Source: an uncultured virus (IMG/VR IMGVR_UViG_3300031840_000546)
Taxonomy: Duplodnaviria; Heunggongvirae; Uroviricota; Caudoviricetes
Virus record (IMG/VR): IMGVR_UViG_3300031840_000546
DNA: 64,000 nucleotides
Strand: one strand, 5' to 3'
In this document: piece after piece, positions 60,111 through 64,000 of the stretch
Layout of the letters: every line of letters begins with the position of its first letter
Numbering within the stretch: the first letter of the stretch is position 1
The notes under the pieces: model-generated
Seen by the model: only the letters and a program-made list of their open reading frames with translations
What the model was told of the DNA's origin: nothing
Databases searched by the model: none
Translations under genes and position numbers: made by a program

Positions 60111-61416
60111 TATTATGAAAAGACCAGATGGTGTAACCGTTACTTTGTGTATGATTGTGAAAGATGAAACACATATTATTAAAGAGTGTTTAGAATCAAT
60201 GCTTCCCTACATTGATCGGTACGACATTACAGATACGGGATCTACCGATGGTACTCCTGAACTCATCAAAGAGTTTATGGACACTCATGGTGTGCCTGGT
60301 GAGGTTTATCTGTCTGACTGGAAGGGTTTTGGTAAGTCAAGAACCGAAGCATTAGAAAACTGTCAAGGTAAAGCAAACTACGCTTGGATGATTGACGCTG
60401 ACGATAAGATTGACGGAACATTTCAATACCCACCGCAAATGGATGCAGACGCTTACTCTATTCGTTTAGGTAGACCAGATTTTTCTTGGTATCGAAATCA
60501 AATCTTCAAAGTAGACGATCCAAGTAGAAAGTGGCATTATGTCGGAGTGTTGCATGAGTACGCTACGATGATTGACATTCCACCACAAGAAATGAGAATT
60601 GTGAAGTGGGAAGGAAACTACTATGTAAACGCAAGAACACTGGGTAATAGAAACGTGGGTATTGATCCAGTTGAAAAATATTCTAGGGACGCTGAAATCT
60701 TAGATTCTGCGTTAAATAATCCCGAAGATCCATACTATGAACCCAACAACGTTAGATATCAATTCTATCTTGCACAGTCATACTTTGATTCACAACAGTG
60801 GGACAATGCGTACGAGGCTTATAGAAAACGAGCAGACATGGGTGGATGGGAAGAAGAGATTTGGTTCTCCCTGTTCAGACTCGCAATCATAAAATCTATT
60901 AAGGGTGATACATGGCCTAATATCAAAGAGGCTTTCCTTGATGCTTATAACTTTAGACCCATTCGTGCTGAACCTCTGTATGAGATCAGTAGAGGTTATA
61001 GAGCGTTAGATAAACCAAGACTCGCATACATTTACGCAAAACTTGGTTGTGACATACAGTATCCGCAAAATGATATCCTTTTCATCGCACAGGATGTCTA
61101 TGACTGGAAGATGTTAGATGAGTTTGGTTCAACTGCATTTTACGCAGGAGATATTCAAAATGGACATAAAGCATGTTCTTACTTAATGAATAAACTTAAC
61201 GTGATTCCTGAATCTGAACACAATCGAATCATGCAAAACAAAAGTTCATACGAAGAGCAGATGAAACAAGTTTTTACTCATAATCAGCAAATCATAGAAC
61301 AACAAAAGGCTGCTGAGAAAAAAGCAAAACAAGATAAAAAACAAGAGAAAAAGAGTAAACCAAAACTGTCAACGAAGATAGAGCCTAGATCTGCTAAGAA
61401 GAAAAAGAATAAATAA
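60103..61416 (+). CDS. GT2 + TPR glycosyltransferase (protein/peptide-glycosylating architecture)
   Basis: TLCMIVKDE, DTGSTDGT, IDADD, LHEY; TPR-like RYQFYLAQSY, RAEPLYEI; Lys-rich tail. Start is GTG 60103 or ATG 60115. Confidence 0.85.
   Translation: MNNIMKRPDGVTVTLCMIVKDETHIIKECLESMLPYIDRYDITDTGSTDGTPELIKEFMDTHGVPGEVYLSDWKGFGKSRTEALENCQGKANYAWMIDADDKIDGTFQYPPQMDADAYSIRLGRPDFSWYRNQIFKVDDPSRKWHYVGVLHEYATMIDIPPQEMRIVKWEGNYYVNARTLGNRNVGIDPVEKYSRDAEILDSALNNPEDPYYEPNNVRYQFYLAQSYFDSQQWDNAYEAYRKRADMGGWEEEIWFSLFRLAIIKSIKGDTWPNIKEAFLDAYNFRPIRAEPLYEISRGYRALDKPRLAYIYAKLGCDIQYPQNDILFIAQDVYDWKMLDEFGSTAFYAGDIQNGHKACSYLMNKLNVIPESEHNRIMQNKSSYEEQMKQVFTHNQQIIEQQKAAEKKAKQDKKQEKKSKPKLSTKIEPRSAKKKKNK
61408..61415 (+). 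promoter_or_regulatory. Late promoter variant AATAAATA
   Basis: TAAATA core just before the fibre module. Confidence 0.5.
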
Positions 61417-61428
61417 GATGGAGGTATC

Positions 61429-61881
61429 ATGTCATATCAAAGTCTTAAATACAACATAACAGCAAACAAGGGAATCGATTTTACCTTATACTTACGGTAT
61501 TTGGATGAAAACGATTCCGTAGTGGATCTTGTTGGTGGTGGTTACACCGCAGAGATGCAGGTCAGGCGTTTTGCTGAGTCAGATACTAAACTTCTACAGT
61601 TTATATCCACAAATGGAGGAGCATCCGTGTTTGGTCCAAGTGGTGTTACAGCAGGTTTATCTGGTGGTAGCGGTGGTATTCGATTAAACTCTACGTTTAC
61701 AGGAGGTATCAATGATGGTATGTCTGGATCTACTGGGGGTATATACATCTTTGCAGACGCATCTACGATGACAAACGTTCCTACAGGAAGACATTTTTAT
61801 GAAGTAGACATCATTCAGGGTAGTAACATTCTCAGACTTATCGAGGGACGCTTTGAAGTTATAGGAAATATAAACCGATGA
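61429..61881 (+). CDS. Putative virion beta-sandwich (fibre/baseplate attachment-type) protein
   Basis: YNITANKGIDF...VDL..YTAEMQVRR...YEVDI...RLIEGRFEV; Gly/Ser/Thr-rich insert. Confidence 0.6.
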   Translation: MSYQSLKYNITANKGIDFTLYLRYLDENDSVVDLVGGGYTAEMQVRRFAESDTKLLQFISTNGGASVFGPSGVTAGLSGGSGGIRLNSTFTGGINDGMSGSTGGIYIFADASTMTNVPTGRHFYEVDIIQGSNILRLIEGRFEVIGNINR

Positions 61882-62006
61882 AAGTAGAGATTCGTAAAGA
61901 GGAGTTTGTTTTAGTATCCGAACTTAAACGGATGAATGGATTATCTACAGTGTTAGAGATTACTTTAAAACGTAAAATTAGTAACAATAGATATAGGATC
62001 TCATGA
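61878..62006 (+). CDS. Small hypothetical protein (42 aa, not in the ORF track)
   Basis: MKVEIRKEEFVLVSEL...RYRIS*; ATGA overlaps at both ends and exactly fills the gap. Confidence 0.55.
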   Translation: MKVEIRKEEFVLVSELKRMNGLSTVLEITLKRKISNNRYRIS

Positions 62007-63163
62007 TTGAGCGGTTCTCCACATTTAAAACCCAAAACTTCCGAGAGGGTAACGCAAACATAGTCTCAACAGATTATCCTTTGGGTACACGTTTTATAAT
62101 TGTAAACGAACAATCTAAGTTTGAACACGAAACAGAATTTACTCTTACGGACTTAAGCGAAGATGCTGAAGTTATAAAATTTGGCAAGAGTGAACATTCT
62201 TTGTCATCTGTAAATTTAATAAGTAATGTCGGAAAACGATACACGTTTTATGGAAATGCGACAACTCTTAATTGTATGTTTGATGTTGTCAAAGAAGAAG
62301 TTGTCGAAGAAGAAATTGTTGAACAAGTTAATGATCAAGTTATAGTCGAAGGTAAAAAAGGTGAGCGTGGTCTTCGTGGTTTGATTGGTGAACAGGGTCC
62401 AGCAGGTCCGATGGGTTTGATGGGACCGAAAGGTGATCGCGGTGAACAGGGCATACAAGGTATTCAAGGCGAACAAGGTATACAAGGTGAACGTGGACTC
62501 ATTGGTGAACAAGGTGAACAAGGATTACAAGGTGTTCAGGGTGAGCGTGGTGAACAAGGAGAGAAAGGCGACATCGGTGAACAAGGTATTCAGGGTTTCC
62601 GTGGAGAGCAAGGACCAAAAGGCGATAAAGGCGAAAAGGGAGATCGTGGAGAGCAGGGTATTCAAGGTGAAAGAGGTTTAATTGGTGAACAGGGAATACA
62701 GGGCATCCAAGGCGAACGCGGAACAGACGGAATACAAGGAGTAAAAGGTGATCAGGGTGAGCGAGGTGAGCAAGGTCAGATCGGTCCACAAGGTTTGCAG
62801 GGTCCACAAGGTCCGAAAGGTGACAGAGGAGAGAGAGGCGAAAAAGGAGAGCGGGGTGAAAAGGGAGATCCTGCACCACCATTCAGGATTCGTGAGGGTA
62901 ACGGCTTAAAATTAAATGAGCAAAGAAACGAACTATGGTTAGATCCAAAAACTTTCCCACCAATTCCACTCGGTCAACTTGGTGGTGCTGTCATCGGTGG
63001 TGGTGGTAGTAATACTGGTGTGAAACAAAACAATAAAAAGATTATGGATACCGCAAGATTCATAAACTTCGATAGCGGATTCACTGCTGAGAGAAGAGGT
63101 GGTGAAGGAAAAGGAACCGCTACAATTTCGATAAATAACATAGACGGTGGTACTTTCGTTTAA
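62003..63163 (+). CDS. Collagen-like fibre protein
   Basis: Uninterrupted Gly-X-Y run; C-terminal NIDGGTFV. Confidence 0.9.
   Translation: MIERFSTFKTQNFREGNANIVSTDYPLGTRFIIVNEQSKFEHETEFTLTDLSEDAEVIKFGKSEHSLSSVNLISNVGKRYTFYGNATTLNCMFDVVKEEVVEEEIVEQVNDQVIVEGKKGERGLRGLIGEQGPAGPMGLMGPKGDRGEQGIQGIQGEQGIQGERGLIGEQGEQGLQGVQGERGEQGEKGDIGEQGIQGFRGEQGPKGDKGEKGDRGEQGIQGERGLIGEQGIQGIQGERGTDGIQGVKGDQGERGEQGQIGPQGLQGPQGPKGDRGERGEKGERGEKGDPAPPFRIREGNGLKLNEQRNELWLDPKTFPPIPLGQLGGAVIGGGGSNTGVKQNNKKIMDTARFINFDSGFTAERRGGEGKGTATISINNIDGGTFV
62351..62872 (+). repeat. 58 consecutive Gly-X-Y triplets
   Basis: GKK...GDP, dominated by GEQ/GIQ/GER/GEK. Confidence 0.92.
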
Positions 63164-63172
63164 GGATAATAT

Positions 63173-64000
63173 ATGGCAACTCATATTCAAATTCATAGAT
63201 CAGCAATAGCAGGAGCAACCCCAAGTGTCGAAACGATGCTTGAGGGTGAAGTTGCTGTTAACTTGACCGATAAGAAGTTATTCGTAAAAGGTGCGACGGG
63301 AGAACTTATAACTCTTGTTGAACCACAGACCCACGGTCAAACAGATCACGTTACTCTGCTCGGTGGTGCATCTGGGTCTATAACTTTATCTGGTGATCTA
63401 TCTGTCACAAATAATGTGTTGGGTGTTGATGAATCAAAACTTCAAGCGGTAACAACATTCAATGGTGCTACGGGTGACGTTCAAGGTATGTCATCATTCA
63501 ACGGACTAACTGGAGATGTGACATCGGGTATATCATTTAGCATTCATGGAATCACATTCTCTGATAACACATTCCAAAGATCCGCATCTCAAAATGGATT
63601 TAGATATAAGACAGACACAGAGAGTGGCGCTCAAAATGACGCTGGACGTTTAAATGTTAACATGGATACTTTAGGTGAAATTGATTTTGTCAGCATCAAT
63701 ACAACAGACCTTAACGGTACGAATCTTACACCGCTTTTTACTTTGATTCAACAAAGAGGCGGAATTATCAACGTGTTCGATGGTGACTATAGTAATAAAT
63801 TCATTGTTATAGTCAATCCTGATCCCGACTTCGATGGATCTTTTTCTTCGGGTGAGAATGAAACAAACATAACCTCAACAGTATTCCAGCACTCTACTTC
63901 ATCCACTGCTCCACCAAACGTATCAACGGGAGCGGTTATAGACAATGGTTCTACAGACTTTAACAATAATTTAGGTAAAGATGCGTATGTGCAAATTATT
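63173..64000 (+). CDS. Tail-fibre-like protein (3' partial)
   Basis: My translation: MATHIQIHRSAIAGATPSVETMLEGEVAVNLTDKKLFVKGATG...VTTFNGATGDVQGMSSFNGLTGDV; AAGGA SD; fibre-type N-terminal domain and FNGxTGDV repeats. Confidence 0.8.
   Translation, partial: MATHIQIHRSAIAGATPSVETMLEGEVAVNLTDKKLFVKGATGELITLVEPQTHGQTDHVTLLGGASGSITLSGDLSVTNNVLGVDESKLQAVTTFNGATGDVQGMSSFNGLTGDVTSGISFSIHGITFSDNTFQRSASQNGFRYKTDTESGAQNDAGRLNVNMDTLGEIDFVSINTTDLNGTNLTPLFTLIQQRGGIINVFDGDYSNKFIVIVNPDPDFDGSFSSGENETNITSTVFQHSTSSTAPPNVSTGAVIDNGSTDFNNNLGKDAYVQII

Noticed and set aside
40464..61416. Island as host chromosomal DNA (prophage edge or chimera)
   Set aside because: It is coupled to regA on the left and fibre genes on the right, on the same strand, with the same apparent AGCT/CCGG/GGCC avoidance and no integrase or att site.
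40464..61416. Island as a DNA hypermodification system
   Set aside because: No hydroxymethylase or T4 agt/bgt-like gene is recognised here, and restriction-site avoidance argues against shielded DNA. Disfavoured rather than excluded.
62351..62872. Repetitive DNA resembling an array
   Set aside because: The 9-nt periodicity is fully explained by Gly-X-Y coding; there is no repeat-spacer structure, so it is not CRISPR.

Overview
This window is a 64-kb slice of a large T4-like myophage genome. All credible genes are on the + strand, densely packed and often overlapping, and read in the standard code. Layout: (1) 1-11.4 kb holds very Cys-rich and FN3/LRR proteins in the slot before the neck genes. 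(2) 11.4-26.6 kb is the T4 core morphogenesis block (gp13-gp23, gp3), with T4-type late promoters TATA(A/C)ATA. Two host-like secreted proteins sit after gp23: one with a planctomycete-type dockerin tail and one with a PEP-CTERM-like tail. (3) 26.6-40.5 kb is the recombination/replication block (uvsY, uvsW, gp55, gp47, DenV-like glycosylase, gp46, DNA methyltransferase, type II glutamine synthetase, RNase H, gp45, gp44, GroES, gp62, regA). (4) 40.5-61.4 kb is a 27-gene glycan island with about 14 putative glycosyltransferases, a nonulosonic (sialic-like) acid pathway, a GT29-like sialyltransferase and a GT2-TPR protein glycosyltransferase, and no visible flippase, polymerase or membrane protein. 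(5) 61.4-64 kb holds fibre and collagen genes. Main hypothesis (inference): the island is a phage-encoded virion O-glycosylation (glycan shield) system acting on G-x-[T/S] motifs that recur in the structural proteins. The GACC repeats, dockerin tail and PAP-type sorting signal point to a Phycisphaerae (Planctomycetota) host. All family calls come from motif recognition by eye; no database searches were run.
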